A stretch of 64,000 bases of DNA from Clostridia bacterium. GTDB taxonomy: Bacteria > Bacillota > Clostridia > Christensenellales > SZUA-584. The position numbers and the translations under genes were made by a program. This document shows, one piece after another, positions 8,360-18,697 of this stretch. The notes under the pieces were generated by a model. That model saw only the letters and a program-made list of their open reading frames with translations. It ran no database searches and was not told where the DNA came from. The DNA lies in contig QKIQ01000024.1 in assembly GCA_003249555.1 (NCBI GenBank), forward strand, positions 353 to 64,352, read 5' to 3'. The stretch's first letter is position 1, and every line of letters starts with the position of its first letter.

Positions 8360-10666
8360 ATGAAAAAGGGAAATGCTAAGCACAAAACAAAGTCGCTTAA
8401 GACGAGACTGATAATTTCGTTCATGGTTTTGGTTACAATCATACTGGTATTGCTGAGCGTGGTTACTGTTTATGGCTTGAGAAAAACGATTACACAGCTA
8501 AACGACAACCTGACACAACAAGTTGTTCTGGCGCGGTCTGCTGAAATTAGCAAGTACATGCACGACCTTGAGAATGAAGTCAAAATATGGTCGGAACGCA
8601 ATGTGATATCATCCAACGATATTGAAACGATCAGAGCGGACCTGATAAAAAGGCAGGAAGGGTTAAGAGCCGAATTTGAAATAACGCTTTATGCGGATAA
8701 GACGGGCGCGGCGGTGACATCTATTGACACGGAAGTGAACATATCCGACAGAGCGTATTTCGATGAGATCATCAACAAGGGTAAGGAATCTGCGGTAAGT
8801 AACCCGGTGGTGTCAAAAGCGACAGGTGAAACAATTCTTGTTATTGCGGATGCTGTCAAAAACAGCGATGGAGAGATAATTGGTTTATTTGCAGCGACTG
8901 TCACATTGGATACGTTTAACGAAATAATGGGCGACATCAACATTGGAGATAAGGGATACCCTTGGATTATTGACAACGCAGGCCTTGTCATCGCTCATAC
9001 CGACGAAAAAAGCAGAATGGATCTATCAATACAAAATTCTGTCGAACGCGGTTATAACGGGTTTAAAGAAGTCGGAGAAAAGATGCTGGCAGGTGAGGAG
9101 GGTATCGGCCAATATACAGATTCGACAGGCGAAAAATTTTACGCCACCTATGCGCCGATTTCCAATACCCCTGGATGGGCTATTGCTTATTCCATGACAG
9201 AAGCAGAAATGCTTGAGTCGGTAAACAGCTTGACAATGCTGATTATCATTATTGCGGCTGCCAGTATTCTGATTGTAGCAGTTGTCACATTTATTTTAGC
9301 AAGCGGTATTGTGAAGCCGTTGAAGGCAGCGGCAGATTTGGCGCAAGCTTTGGCGGCGGGAGAACTTGATAAAACAGTGAAGGTGCAAGCAGACGATGAA
9401 GTGGGGCAGCTTACAAAAATACTCGATAACCAGGTGCGTACGGCATTCAAGGACATTGAACAGGCGCGCGGTATCTCTGAAAAACAGGCTGCATATCAAT
9501 CATGTGAAGTCAGCAAACTTCTTAGCAGTCTTCAGCGTCTTGCGCGCGGAGAGCTTTTATGCGATATCGTTGTCGAGAAGGCTGATCAGGATACCGAGGC
9601 TTTGTATCAGGTGTATAATGAGATCACGTCAAACCTGTCTATTGGTGTCAGTGCGATAAAAGACTATATTGATGAGATATCTGATGTTCTTGGTGAAATG
9701 GCAAACGGCAATATGTGTGTCGGCATTTCCTCCGACTACAAAGGTGACTTTGTGACGCTTAAACAGTCTATCAATATGATCGTTGAGTCTTTGAATAACA
9801 CGCTAACGGAAATCAACAGCGCGACAGGTCAGGTGGCTTCAGGCACAATGCAGGTTTCATCTGGAAGCCAAACCATTTCGCAGGGCGCGACAGAGCAGGC
9901 AAGCGCGATCGAAGAATTGTCGGCATCCATTACACAAATTGCCGCTCAGACAAAGCAAAACGCTTTAAATGCAAATACGGCAAATAAGCTTGCTTTGGAT
10001 GCCCAATCTGAAGCTGTATCGGGTAATTCACATATGAAAGAGATGCAGCAGGCAATGCAAGAGATTAATGATTCCTCTCAGAACATCTCCAAAATCATTA
10101 AGGTTATTGACGATATCGCTTTCCAAACAAACATACTTGCACTGAATGCTGCGGTGGAGGCAGCAAGAGCGGGTGTGCACGGCAAGGGCTTTGCTGTGGT
10201 GGCGGAAGAGGTGAGAAACCTTGCTGCCAGAAGCGCGAATGCGGCCAAAGAGACGACGGAACTTATTGAAGGCTCTATCAGGAAGGTAGATGCGGGCACG
10301 AAGATTGCAGACCAAACAGCCGAAGCTTTGTCCAGCATTGTTTCGAGCGTGGAAAAAGCAGCAGATCTCGTCGCACAGATTGCCGCGTCATCAAACGAGC
10401 AGGCCACAGGTATTTCACAAGTAGATCGCGGGATTGAACAACTATCTCAGGTGGTGCAGACAAATTCTGCAACCTCGCAGGAAGCCGCGGCAGCAAGTGA
10501 AGAGCTGTCCAGCCAAGCCGATATGCTAAAATCACTGGTTAATCAATTCAAGCTAATAGACAGTGAAATCAGAATGCTGGATGATACCCAAAAACATCAT
10601 GCATCTGAGGAAGGAAAGAATACGCCAAAACTGAGTCTGGGTGATGAGGATTACGGAAAATATTAA
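8360..10666 (+). CDS. Methyl-accepting chemotaxis protein with periplasmic Cache-like sensor and HAMP domain
   Basis: Two TM segments flank a sensor of about 250 aa. Highly conserved signalling hairpin [33 protein letters not shown]. Confidence 0.95.
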   Translation: MKKGNAKHKTKSLKTRLIISFMVLVTIILVLLSVVTVYGLRKTITQLNDNLTQQVVLARSAEISKYMHDLENEVKIWSERNVISSNDIETIRADLIKRQEGLRAEFEITLYADKTGAAVTSIDTEVNISDRAYFDEIINKGKESAVSNPVVSKATGETILVIADAVKNSDGEIIGLFAATVTLDTFNEIMGDINIGDKGYPWIIDNAGLVIAHTDEKSRMDLSIQNSVERGYNGFKEVGEKMLAGEEGIGQYTDSTGEKFYATYAPISNTPGWAIAYSMTEAEMLESVNSLTMLIIIIAAASILIVAVVTFILASGIVKPLKAAADLAQALAAGELDKTVKVQADDEVGQLTKILDNQVRTAFKDIEQARGISEKQAAYQSCEVSKLLSSLQRLARGELLCDIVVEKADQDTEALYQVYNEITSNLSIGVSAIKDYIDEISDVLGEMANGNMCVGISSDYKGDFVTLKQSINMIVESLNNTLTEINSATGQVASGTMQVSSGSQTISQGATEQASAIEELSASITQIAAQTKQNALNANTANKLALDAQSEAVSGNSHMKEMQQAMQEINDSSQNISKIIKVIDDIAFQTNILALNAAVEAARAGVHGKGFAVVAEEVRNLAARSANAAKETTELIEGSIRKVDAGTKIADQTAEALSSIVSSVEKAADLVAQIAASSNEQATGISQVDRGIEQLSQVVQTNSATSQEAAAASEELSSQADMLKSLVNQFKLIDSEIRMLDDTQKHHASEEGKNTPKLSLGDEDYGKY

Positions 10667-10687
10667 TCTTCTTAAAATATTCAACCA

Positions 10688-10717
10688 AAAAAACCTGCCT
10701 TCATCGGTGGGTTTTTT
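10688..10717 (+). terminator. Probable Rho-independent terminator after the MCP gene
   Basis: 9-bp stem (AAACCTGCC/GGTGGGTTT, two G-U pairs) followed by a T-run. Confidence 0.5.
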
Positions 10718-10842
10718 GATGAAGCATAATAAATGAGAAAAATGTTTTATCGGGTGCATTTGTTGGTATCCTTCGTTGCTTCTTTTCTTGTTCGTGCGGA
10801 AATGGTATGATAAGGCTTGAATCCAAACAAAGGATAAAAAGC

Positions 10843-13173
10843 ATGGATCAAAAGGTACTCAATAAACTTGAATTTGATAAAATACGTGAAAAGTTAGCGG
10901 CGGGCGCGCTTTCGGACAGCGGCAAGGAAGCAGCGCTTTGCTTGCAGCCGCAGACTACCGTGGCGGCGACACGAAACCAGCTCAGCGAAACGCTGGAAGC
11001 GGAAAGTGTGCTGATGCGCGCCGCGTCTTCGCCCATGAGCGGCTTTTCGGATATTGCGTCTGAACTGGCGCGTCTCAAAGCGGGGGCAGACCTTGGGTGC
11101 AAAGAACTGCTAAGGGTTCTCGGGGTTTTTAAAGCGGCGCGGCGAGCACGAAACGGCCTAAAGGAAAGCGGTGCGGACAAGCTTTGGGATATGGCGCAGC
11201 AGCTGGAATACGACGAAAAGCTGATAAAGACTTTGGATGACGCGATAGAAAGCGAAACCATGCTTTCGGACAGTGCGTCGGCAGAGCTTGCTTCCATACG
11301 GCGACGTATGATCAGAGAGAACGAGGGTATTCGTGAAAAGCTTAGCGCCATTACACGCTCTGCAAAATATAAGGAATATTTACAGGACGCCATTGTGACC
11401 ACACGCGGCGGGCGTTTTGTGGTGCCCGTTAAGCAGGAACATAAAAGGCACATCAGCGGCCTTGTGCACGATCAGTCGGGGAGCGGACAGACGCTTTTTA
11501 TTGAACCGATGGAGGTTGTGGAGGCAAATAACCGCCTGCGCGAGATGGAGCTTGCCGAAGAGGCGGAGATTGAGCGCATCCTGCATGTGTTCAGCGAGCA
11601 GCTTCGTGAGTTCGTGGACGCGCTGAAGCTGGATTTGGAGATACTTACCGGACTGGATTTGATTTTTGCCAAGGCACACCTTGCGTATATCATGAAAGCG
11701 TCACTGCCCAACATCAGTGAGGACGGCACGCTTGTGATTAAAAACGGTCGTCATCCGCTGATCGATCCCAAAAAGGTGGTGCCTGTGTCGCTTGCGATCG
11801 ACAACGGCTACAGCGGACTCATCATCACGGGGCCCAACACGGGCGGGAAAACGGTGACGCTCAAGCTGACGGGACTGCTGTGCCTTATGGCGCAGTGCGG
11901 CCTGTTTGTGCCATCCGACGGAGGCACGGTACTGCCTGTTTACAGCTCGGTGTTTGCGGACATCGGCGATGAGCAGAGCATCGAACAAAGCCTCAGCACG
12001 TTTTCCTCGCACATGGCGAATATCACGCGCATTGTGAGCCATGCGGGATGCCGTTCGCTGGTGCTGCTTGACGAGCTGGGTGCGGGTACAGACCCCGCCG
12101 AAGGCGCGGCGCTTGCGATGGCGATACTTGAAGCGCTCGAACGAAAGGGCAGCACGGTGCTTGCGACGACGCACTACAGCGAAATCAAAGCGTTCGCGAC
12201 CGCAAGCGTGTATTATCAGAATGCGTGCATGGCCTTCAGCCTAAAAACGCTGAGTCCCACGTATCAGCTCATCATGGGCGTACCCGGCGTATCCAATGCA
12301 TTTGAGATATCAAAAAAGCTGGGTCTGGACGATGCGATTATATCGCGCGCGAAAGAACACATGTCTGAAGAGACGATTAAATTTGAGCAACTGATCGGTG
12401 AGGCGGCGCGCCAAAAGGAGAGCGCAGAGCGCAAGGAGCAGCAAGCCGAGATGAACCGCCGTACGGCGCAGTCTATACGAGACAAGAGCGATACTGAACT
12501 CAAAAAGGCGCAGGATAAGGCGAAAAGCATTGTGGATCGTGCGCATGAGCAGGCGATGGAGATTCTTCGGGACGCGCGAGACGAAGCGGAACATGTGATT
12601 ACGGAACTCAAACAGGCAAAATCCGCGCGGCAGGAGGAAATCAACGCGTCGCGCAAAGCGCTGTCGGATAAAATCGGAGAAGCGGCGGCACAATTGCGCA
12701 AAAAGCCGGAAAAGAAAAGCGGCACGCGCCCGGAGGATATCAATGCAGGCGATACGGTGCAGCTGTTAAGCCACAATGTGAACGCAACAGTGCTCAAAGC
12801 GCCCAAGGACGGCAATGTCTACGTACAGGCGGGCGCGCTCAAGCTGACCGTGCCGTTAAGCGATGTGGCGCCTGTGAAGGCTGAGAAGAAGGTTAAGTCC
12901 GTCGGCGGCTTTAAGCGCAGCGGGCAAGCACCAGGCATGTCGGTGGATCTGCGAGGCATGACGCTGGACGAAGCCATAATGGAGGCGGATATTTATTTGG
13001 ACGAGGCGTTTCTGGCGGGGCAGACCGAAGTGATGCTGATTCACGGCAAGGGAACCGGTGTGCTGCGCAGCGGTCTTCGCCAATACTTGAAAAGCCACGC
13101 GCATGTCAAAAGCTTTCGTGCCGGTCAGTATGGCGAGGGCGAGGACGGTGTGACAGTGGTGACACTCAAATAA
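10843..13173 (+). CDS. mutS2: Endonuclease MutS2
   Basis: Walker A GPNTGGKT, DELGAGTDP, C-terminal Smr domain (VDLRGM..IHGKGTGVLR). Start at MDQKVLNKLEF. Confidence 0.95.
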   Translation: MDQKVLNKLEFDKIREKLAAGALSDSGKEAALCLQPQTTVAATRNQLSETLEAESVLMRAASSPMSGFSDIASELARLKAGADLGCKELLRVLGVFKAARRARNGLKESGADKLWDMAQQLEYDEKLIKTLDDAIESETMLSDSASAELASIRRRMIRENEGIREKLSAITRSAKYKEYLQDAIVTTRGGRFVVPVKQEHKRHISGLVHDQSGSGQTLFIEPMEVVEANNRLREMELAEEAEIERILHVFSEQLREFVDALKLDLEILTGLDLIFAKAHLAYIMKASLPNISEDGTLVIKNGRHPLIDPKKVVPVSLAIDNGYSGLIITGPNTGGKTVTLKLTGLLCLMAQCGLFVPSDGGTVLPVYSSVFADIGDEQSIEQSLSTFSSHMANITRIVSHAGCRSLVLLDELGAGTDPAEGAALAMAILEALERKGSTVLATTHYSEIKAFATASVYYQNACMAFSLKTLSPTYQLIMGVPGVSNAFEISKKLGLDDAIISRAKEHMSEETIKFEQLIGEAARQKESAERKEQQAEMNRRTAQSIRDKSDTELKKAQDKAKSIVDRAHEQAMEILRDARDEAEHVITELKQAKSARQEEINASRKALSDKIGEAAAQLRKKPEKKSGTRPEDINAGDTVQLLSHNVNATVLKAPKDGNVYVQAGALKLTVPLSDVAPVKAEKKVKSVGGFKRSGQAPGMSVDLRGMTLDEAIMEADIYLDEAFLAGQTEVMLIHGKGTGVLRSGLRQYLKSHAHVKSFRAGQYGEGEDGVTVVTLK

Positions 13174-13183
13174 GGAGCACAAT

Positions 13184-13618
13184 ATGGATATCGCAAGCGC
13201 GTGTCTGGTGGGGCAAAAATGCCGTTATGATGGCAAGGCCAATGAAGACGCAGATGTTAAAAAAATGTACGAGCAAGGCTTGGTTGAACCCGTGTGTCCG
13301 GAGCTGCTGGCGAAGTTGGCTGTGCCGCGCTGTCCGTCCGAGATCGTAGGCGGAGATGGGAAAGACGTGCTGGCAGGCCGCGCGCGTGTGATGGCGCAGG
13401 ACGGTGCTGATATCACGCAGGAATTTATAGAAGGCGCACAAAAGACATGGCAAATCGCGCAGCAATGCGGCGCGAAGCGCGCGTATTTGAAATCGAAAAG
13501 CCCCTCGTGTGGTTGCGGGCATATATACGACGGCACATTTTCCGGTGTGATGATGGAAGGCGACGGCGTGACAAGCGTGCTGCTTAAAAAGCACGGCTTA
13601 GAAGTGATCGAAGTATGA
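13184..13618 (+). CDS. DUF523 domain protein (TudS-like Fe-S family)
   Basis: SACLVGQKCRYDG and CPE motifs typical of DUF523, 144 aa. Confidence 0.7.
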   Translation: MDIASACLVGQKCRYDGKANEDADVKKMYEQGLVEPVCPELLAKLAVPRCPSEIVGGDGKDVLAGRARVMAQDGADITQEFIEGAQKTWQIAQQCGAKRAYLKSKSPSCGCGHIYDGTFSGVMMEGDGVTSVLLKKHGLEVIEV

Positions 13619-13747
13619 CGTATTTATGAATAATCAGTGAAAAGTGAATAAGCTGTATTGGTTTGCGCTGTGAAATTGGTCTATAATAGTAAAAAGCCTA
13701 AATTAATAATGTGAGTGTTACCATAAATAACGGTGAGGTGAAGGGTT

Positions 13748-14428
13748 ATGTCGAAGGAAATACTGGTCGTAGACGATGATAAGAATATTTGTGAGGTCAT
13801 CAAACTCTATCTTCAAAAAGAGGATTTTAAGGTGACGCTGGCCTACGACGGGCAGGCGGGCATTGAGGCATTTGAACGCAATACGCCCGCGCTGGTTGTG
13901 CTCGACATCATGATGCCGCGCAAGGACGGCTGGGAGGTATTAAAACAAATCCGCAAATCCAGCTCTGTGCCAGTGATTATGTTAACCGCTAAGGGCGAAA
14001 CGTTCGATAAGGTACTTGGTTTGGAGCTTGGCGCGGACGATTATATTGTAAAACCTTTTGACCCTAAAGAGTTTATTGCGCGTGTTAAAGCGGTCACGCG
14101 CCGCGCGGGCATGCAGGAGGAAGAGAACAAACAGATCAGCTACGAGGGCCTGACCATCGATATATCCAACTACACCGTGACATATAAGGGAGAGGTTGTA
14201 GAAATGCCGCCCAAGGAAATTGAACTTCTGTTTTTTCTTGCGTCTCATCCCAATAAGGTTTACACGCGTGAGCAGCTGTTGCAGCAGGTATGGGATTTTG
14301 AGTTCTTCGGTGATTCGCGCACCGTGGACGTCCATATCAAGCGCCTGCGCAAAAAGCTTTACGACCAGGGAGAAAACTGGGAAATCAAGACGGTCTGGGG
14401 CGTGGGCTATAAGTTTGAGGTTCGGTAA
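13748..14428 (+). CDS. OmpR-family response regulator
   Basis: Receiver domain (VVDDD...VLDIMMP...LTAKG) plus winged-helix output (VWGVGYKF). Confidence 0.95.
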   Translation: MSKEILVVDDDKNICEVIKLYLQKEDFKVTLAYDGQAGIEAFERNTPALVVLDIMMPRKDGWEVLKQIRKSSSVPVIMLTAKGETFDKVLGLELGADDYIVKPFDPKEFIARVKAVTRRAGMQEEENKQISYEGLTIDISNYTVTYKGEVVEMPPKEIELLFFLASHPNKVYTREQLLQQVWDFEFFGDSRTVDVHIKRLRKKLYDQGENWEIKTVWGVGYKFEVR

Positions 14429-15880
14429 ATGGCAAAATCGCTTTTTGCCCGTATGCTGGTTGTTTATCTGCTAATAATCTTTATTGCGTTTGCGCTACTG
14501 GGCGGAATTTTCTTCGAGACGCTTAAAAGCCAGTTCTTGGATTCCCAGATGAACATAATGAAGGAAAATGCGAAGATCATAAATGACTGGTATACACTGA
14601 ATTATTACGGTCAAATGTCCGACGACGAATTCTTGGCGAAGCTGCTTATTAAGGCTGCCAATGAGCACACTGTTATTTGGATAGTGACGCCGCTAGGTGA
14701 GCTAAGGTTTAATGCCGATCCAGAAGACAAAAGCAATATCGAAGATGTGTATTCTGCCGGTAATTCATTTGATTTTCTTTCCGATACAATGAAAGGGATT
14801 GAAGTTAAGCGCGTATCAGACTTCAACAATTCGTTTAAAGACACGGTGATGTCCGTGGCTGTTTCGCTAAAGGCAGACGATACCATACACGGCGCGATCG
14901 TTGTCCATAAAGCGGTGAAAGATGTCGGTGTGGGAATCAATGCGATATACCGGCAGGTTTTCATACCGCTTTTGATTTCCGTGGCCATTGCGGCTATACT
15001 TGTTTTTATACTTTCAAGGTATATTGTGAGTCCCATTAAGGATATTTCGTATGCGGCAGGAGAACTGTCGCGCGGGAACCTTGATTGGCGCGTGAAGTCC
15101 AAAACGCAGGACGAAATTGGGGAACTGGCCGAAGCGTTTAATAAAATGGCTGAGGAGCTGAAGATGCAGGACGGCCTGCGCAATACGTTTATTGCCAACG
15201 TGTCGCACGAGCTGCGTTCTCCTCTTGCTTCGGTGCAAGGCTTTGTGCAGGGTATGCTCGATCGCGCCATAGAGGAGAACGACCGCGATAAATATCTGGA
15301 AATCGTGCTGGGCGAAACCAAACGCATGAACACACTGATTTCTGATTTACTTAATCTTGCGAAGATTGAATCCGGTAAGTTCCCGATCGAATACAGCCAA
15401 TTTGATATCAACGAATTGATTCGCCGCAGCATTCTCGCGTTTGAAAAGCGCATTGAGGATAAGCAGCTGGAAGTGAATATTCGTCTCGCTGATGAAAAAC
15501 TCTTTGTCTGGGCAGACGAAGATCGTATTTCTCAGGTCATTACCAATCTTGTAGACAACGCGGTTAAGTTTACGCCTTCGGGCGGGGAGCTTAAGGTTTG
15601 GACGCATGCCGCAGACAACAAAGTTTACGTCAGTATTGCAGATACGGGCGAGGGTATTCCGGTGGAAGACCAGCCGTACGTTTTTGAACGCTTTTTCAAG
15701 GTGGACAAATCTCACAGCCAAAGCACACCGGGCACAGGGATAGGGCTGTCTATCGTCAAGCGTATCATTTCTCAGCACGGTGAGAAAATAACGCTGCAAT
15801 CGGTGCCGGGCAAGGGAACCACGTTTACGTTTTCCTTGACGCGCACCTTTGAAGGTGCATCGCCAAACCCTCGGGTATGA
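14429..15880 (+). CDS. Sensor histidine kinase (TM, extracytoplasmic domain, TM, HAMP, HisKA, HATPase)
   Basis: H-box FIANVSHELRSPL, N-box DNAVKFT, G-boxes DTGEGI / GTGIGLSIV. Confidence 0.95.
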   Translation: MAKSLFARMLVVYLLIIFIAFALLGGIFFETLKSQFLDSQMNIMKENAKIINDWYTLNYYGQMSDDEFLAKLLIKAANEHTVIWIVTPLGELRFNADPEDKSNIEDVYSAGNSFDFLSDTMKGIEVKRVSDFNNSFKDTVMSVAVSLKADDTIHGAIVVHKAVKDVGVGINAIYRQVFIPLLISVAIAAILVFILSRYIVSPIKDISYAAGELSRGNLDWRVKSKTQDEIGELAEAFNKMAEELKMQDGLRNTFIANVSHELRSPLASVQGFVQGMLDRAIEENDRDKYLEIVLGETKRMNTLISDLLNLAKIESGKFPIEYSQFDINELIRRSILAFEKRIEDKQLEVNIRLADEKLFVWADEDRISQVITNLVDNAVKFTPSGGELKVWTHAADNKVYVSIADTGEGIPVEDQPYVFERFFKVDKSHSQSTPGTGIGLSIVKRIISQHGEKITLQSVPGKGTTFTFSLTRTFEGASPNPRV

Positions 15881-15981
15881 AAGTAACGTTTTGTTTACGG
15901 CTTGTTTGCACTTTGTTAAAAATAGGTGTATATAATGTCACGTATACAGCAATAATGTTCCTATAAGAAGGAGGTTTTTAT

Positions 15982-17370
15982 ATGAATGATGAACTGAGAC
16001 CCCAAGGCACCGCCGGAGACGAGAAAATACCTGAAAGTGTCAGGGAAGAAGAACAGCACAGGACCAACGAACAACAGCAGACCGCACCTCCGGGCGGATA
16101 TGGCTATTACGGGCAGCAGAATCAAAACTGGGGGCAGGCATGGCAGCAGCCACCCTATTCCTCCGTTCCTCACAAACCCAAAAAATCAAAGGGGGCGCTC
16201 ATTGCGCTTCTTGTTGTGGTGTGTTTGCTCGGCGGTGTTGCCGCCGGTACGTTTCTTGTTGCGCCGGGTATTGGCAACATACAAAAAACACTTCCGGGCG
16301 GTCTTTCGATGCTGCCTGACGAAAATGCAATGGAAACAAAACCCTCGATCGGCGCTCAGACGACAGATGTCCCTGAAATCGGCGGTGTTGATCCCAATAT
16401 CGATGCGAAAACGAGCCCCATTGTACAGATTGCCAAGGAAGTCGGGCCGTCTGTTGTGGGCGTTGCTGTCAGCGTGAATCAGCCTGTTCTCGGTCAGCAG
16501 GAAGGCGCGGAGCAGGAAAGCGGGTACGGCACTGGCATTATCATCACACAGGACGGTTATATTGTGACGAATCATCATGTGGTGGATGGCAGTGATTCCG
16601 TTAAAATCACGCTTTTTGACGGCGCAGAATATTCGGCCGCCATCGTCGGCACCGATGCCACGACCGATCTCGCAGTGCTCAAGATCGACGCAACCGGACT
16701 GATACCGGCGGCTCTTGGCGATTCGGATGCGCTTGAAGTGGGTGAAACGGTGGTGGCCATCGGCAATCCCTTGGGCGCTTCGCTTGCGGGTAGTGTGACT
16801 TCGGGCATCGTGAGTGCGCTTAACCGCAACATCAGTCCCAACGGATTCAGCCAAAAATACATACAGACAGACGCTGCGATTAATCCAGGCAACAGCGGCG
16901 GTGCACTTGTGAACATGAAAGGACAAGTCATCGGCATCAATACATTAAAAACCTATTTGGCCGGTTATGATGACTATGGCGTGCCGATTGGCACAGAAGG
17001 TATCGGGTTCGCCATTCCGATTAATTCTGCCAAGCCTATCGTTGAGCAGCTTATTGCCACAGGCAGCGTGCAGCGCCCTGGTATCGGCATTATGTGTTTT
17101 GTTGATGAGACAAACCAATACAACGCGGCCGGTGCGCCTGCAGGCGTAACGGTGATGGACGTAACGGAAAACGGCCCTGCTGCGCAGGCCGGTCTTGAGG
17201 CTTATGATATCATAACCAGTATAGACAAAACAGCGGTGGATTCGGTGGAGACACTCACTTCTGTGATTCAAAGCCATAACATCGGTGATCAAATTGAGCT
17301 TTCCGTATGGCGCAACGGACAGGAATACAAGGCTGTTGTGACCGTTGGAGACCTAAACAATATGGGATGA
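15982..17370 (+). CDS. HtrA/DegP-family serine protease with PDZ domain, membrane-anchored
   Basis: Triad contexts TNHHVV, DLAVLKI, GNSGGALVN. TM at residues about 72-92. C-terminal PDZ. Gln/Pro-rich N-terminus. Confidence 0.9.
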   Translation: MNDELRPQGTAGDEKIPESVREEEQHRTNEQQQTAPPGGYGYYGQQNQNWGQAWQQPPYSSVPHKPKKSKGALIALLVVVCLLGGVAAGTFLVAPGIGNIQKTLPGGLSMLPDENAMETKPSIGAQTTDVPEIGGVDPNIDAKTSPIVQIAKEVGPSVVGVAVSVNQPVLGQQEGAEQESGYGTGIIITQDGYIVTNHHVVDGSDSVKITLFDGAEYSAAIVGTDATTDLAVLKIDATGLIPAALGDSDALEVGETVVAIGNPLGASLAGSVTSGIVSALNRNISPNGFSQKYIQTDAAINPGNSGGALVNMKGQVIGINTLKTYLAGYDDYGVPIGTEGIGFAIPINSAKPIVEQLIATGSVQRPGIGIMCFVDETNQYNAAGAPAGVTVMDVTENGPAAQAGLEAYDIITSIDKTAVDSVETLTSVIQSHNIGDQIELSVWRNGQEYKAVVTVGDLNNMG

Positions 17371-17410
17371 CGGCCCAAAATACGATTTGCTTTTCGGGTA
17401 TGCAGAAAAT

Positions 17411-17455
17411 GAAGAAGCAGACTGGCGGAATTCGCAGTTCTGCTTCTTATTTTCC
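17411..17455. terminator. Strong hairpin terminator after htrA, possibly bidirectional
   Basis: AAGAAGCAGA/TCTGCTTCTT outer stem plus an inner CTGCG/CGCAG stem, then ATTTT. Confidence 0.65.
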
Positions 17456-17509
17456 CCAAAAGTATATCTTTGAGAATTGTGGGGTGCTAAAAACGAATCT
17501 GGCTGCGTA

Positions 17510-17626
17510 TTAAAGCTCTGAGTCTTTCATCGAACAGTTTTCTTTTTCATCGCGCTTTACCATTTTGCATTCCGTATCGTTCATGTTTTTGAAAGGCTGC
17601 TTGGCACGCACTTTTCGATTCTTCAT
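17510..17626 (-). CDS. Unlisted 38-aa small hydrophilic protein (hypothetical)
   Basis: ATG preceded by GGAGGTGA at 8-nt spacing. Product is MKNRKVRAKQPFKNMNDTECKMVKRDEKENCSMKDSEL, below the ORF-track cutoff. Confidence 0.35.
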   Translation of the reverse strand: MKNRKVRAKQPFKNMNDTECKMVKRDEKENCSMKDSEL

Positions 17627-17834
17627 TACCGTCACCTCCGCCTATATTTTGCCCTGCATTCAGGCATAATATCATTTAAGCCGGAGCGAAAAGCAATATC
17701 TCGCCGATAATGCCGATTTATCAGAATAATTATCTCTTTTTATTTATAAAACAGCCATTTTGTTATGAAAAGGATTATGATATGATAATTAACATTCACA
17801 TATACAAAAGACACTCAAGAATGTGAGAAGACAA

Positions 17835-18668
17835 ATGAGCGAATTTTTAAGTTTTGGTTTGGTCGGGGAGGATATATCTCACTCCTTTTCGCCGTCTATA
17901 TACAACACAATCTTTGATACGCTTAAATCTAAGGCAGTTTATTTTCCGTTCCCTGTCTCTCAAGATAAGCTTTTGTCCGCGCTTCCCATATTGCGCATGG
18001 AATTTGCTGGGTTTAATACCACTGCGCCGTTTCGGCGCGATATTTTGCCGCATTTGGATGAAATTGATGTCACTGCGGAAAAGGCAGGGACAGCCAACAC
18101 AATTGTTGTGAAAGATGAGAAGCTGATTGGATACAACACAGAAACAGAAAGCTTCAGACGCAGTTTGATCGGTTTTTCGGGAGGCCTTCACGATAAAGAT
18201 GTGTTGCTCGTGGGCGCGGGCGGCGTCGCGAGATCGGTGGCCGGCGTATTGCTGGATAAAGGCGCTTTTATTACGTTGGTTTCACGCAGCGAACAGCACG
18301 CGGCAGCGCTCAAAGAGAGTTTGCAGACCAAATACCACAAAAACAGAATCAGAACGCTTAAAGGACTATCGGAGCCGGATGAGTTTTACGCCGTATTTAA
18401 CACGGCCAAAGTGGATATTGGGAGCAAAGACTCCGAGATATACATCCATCCGCACACTTATCAAGGCTTTAAGTACGCCTACGACACGTCTTATGTGCCC
18501 ACGGAGTTTTTAAAAAGAGCGAAAAGCTACGGCGCAAAAACAAAAAACGGATTGGACATGCTTTTTTATCAGGCTGTGATTTCAGTAAATATATGGATGG
18601 GACAGGAGATGGAGACAAAGGCCATTGAAGAGGCTCATCACAGCGTCATCCAGTTGTTTAAACAGTAA
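17835..18668 (+). CDS. Shikimate dehydrogenase family protein (AroE-like) with atypical catalytic residues
   Basis: GEDISHSFSPSIYN, GFNTTAPFR (Arg where the Lys is expected), GYNTETESF (Glu where the Asp is expected), VGAGGVARSV. Confidence 0.7.
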   Translation: MSEFLSFGLVGEDISHSFSPSIYNTIFDTLKSKAVYFPFPVSQDKLLSALPILRMEFAGFNTTAPFRRDILPHLDEIDVTAEKAGTANTIVVKDEKLIGYNTETESFRRSLIGFSGGLHDKDVLLVGAGGVARSVAGVLLDKGAFITLVSRSEQHAAALKESLQTKYHKNRIRTLKGLSEPDEFYAVFNTAKVDIGSKDSEIYIHPHTYQGFKYAYDTSYVPTEFLKRAKSYGAKTKNGLDMLFYQAVISVNIWMGQEMETKAIEEAHHSVIQLFKQ

Positions 18669-18697
18669 ACAAATCATGAAAGTCAGAAAAATATCAG

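Noticed and set aside
14611-16926. Long antisense ORFs inside the histidine kinase (14611-15453, 280 aa) and htrA (16186-16926, 246 aa)
   Set aside because: The sequences are Ser- or Arg-rich and low in complexity, have no RBS, and lie entirely inside genes with clear catalytic motifs on the + strand.
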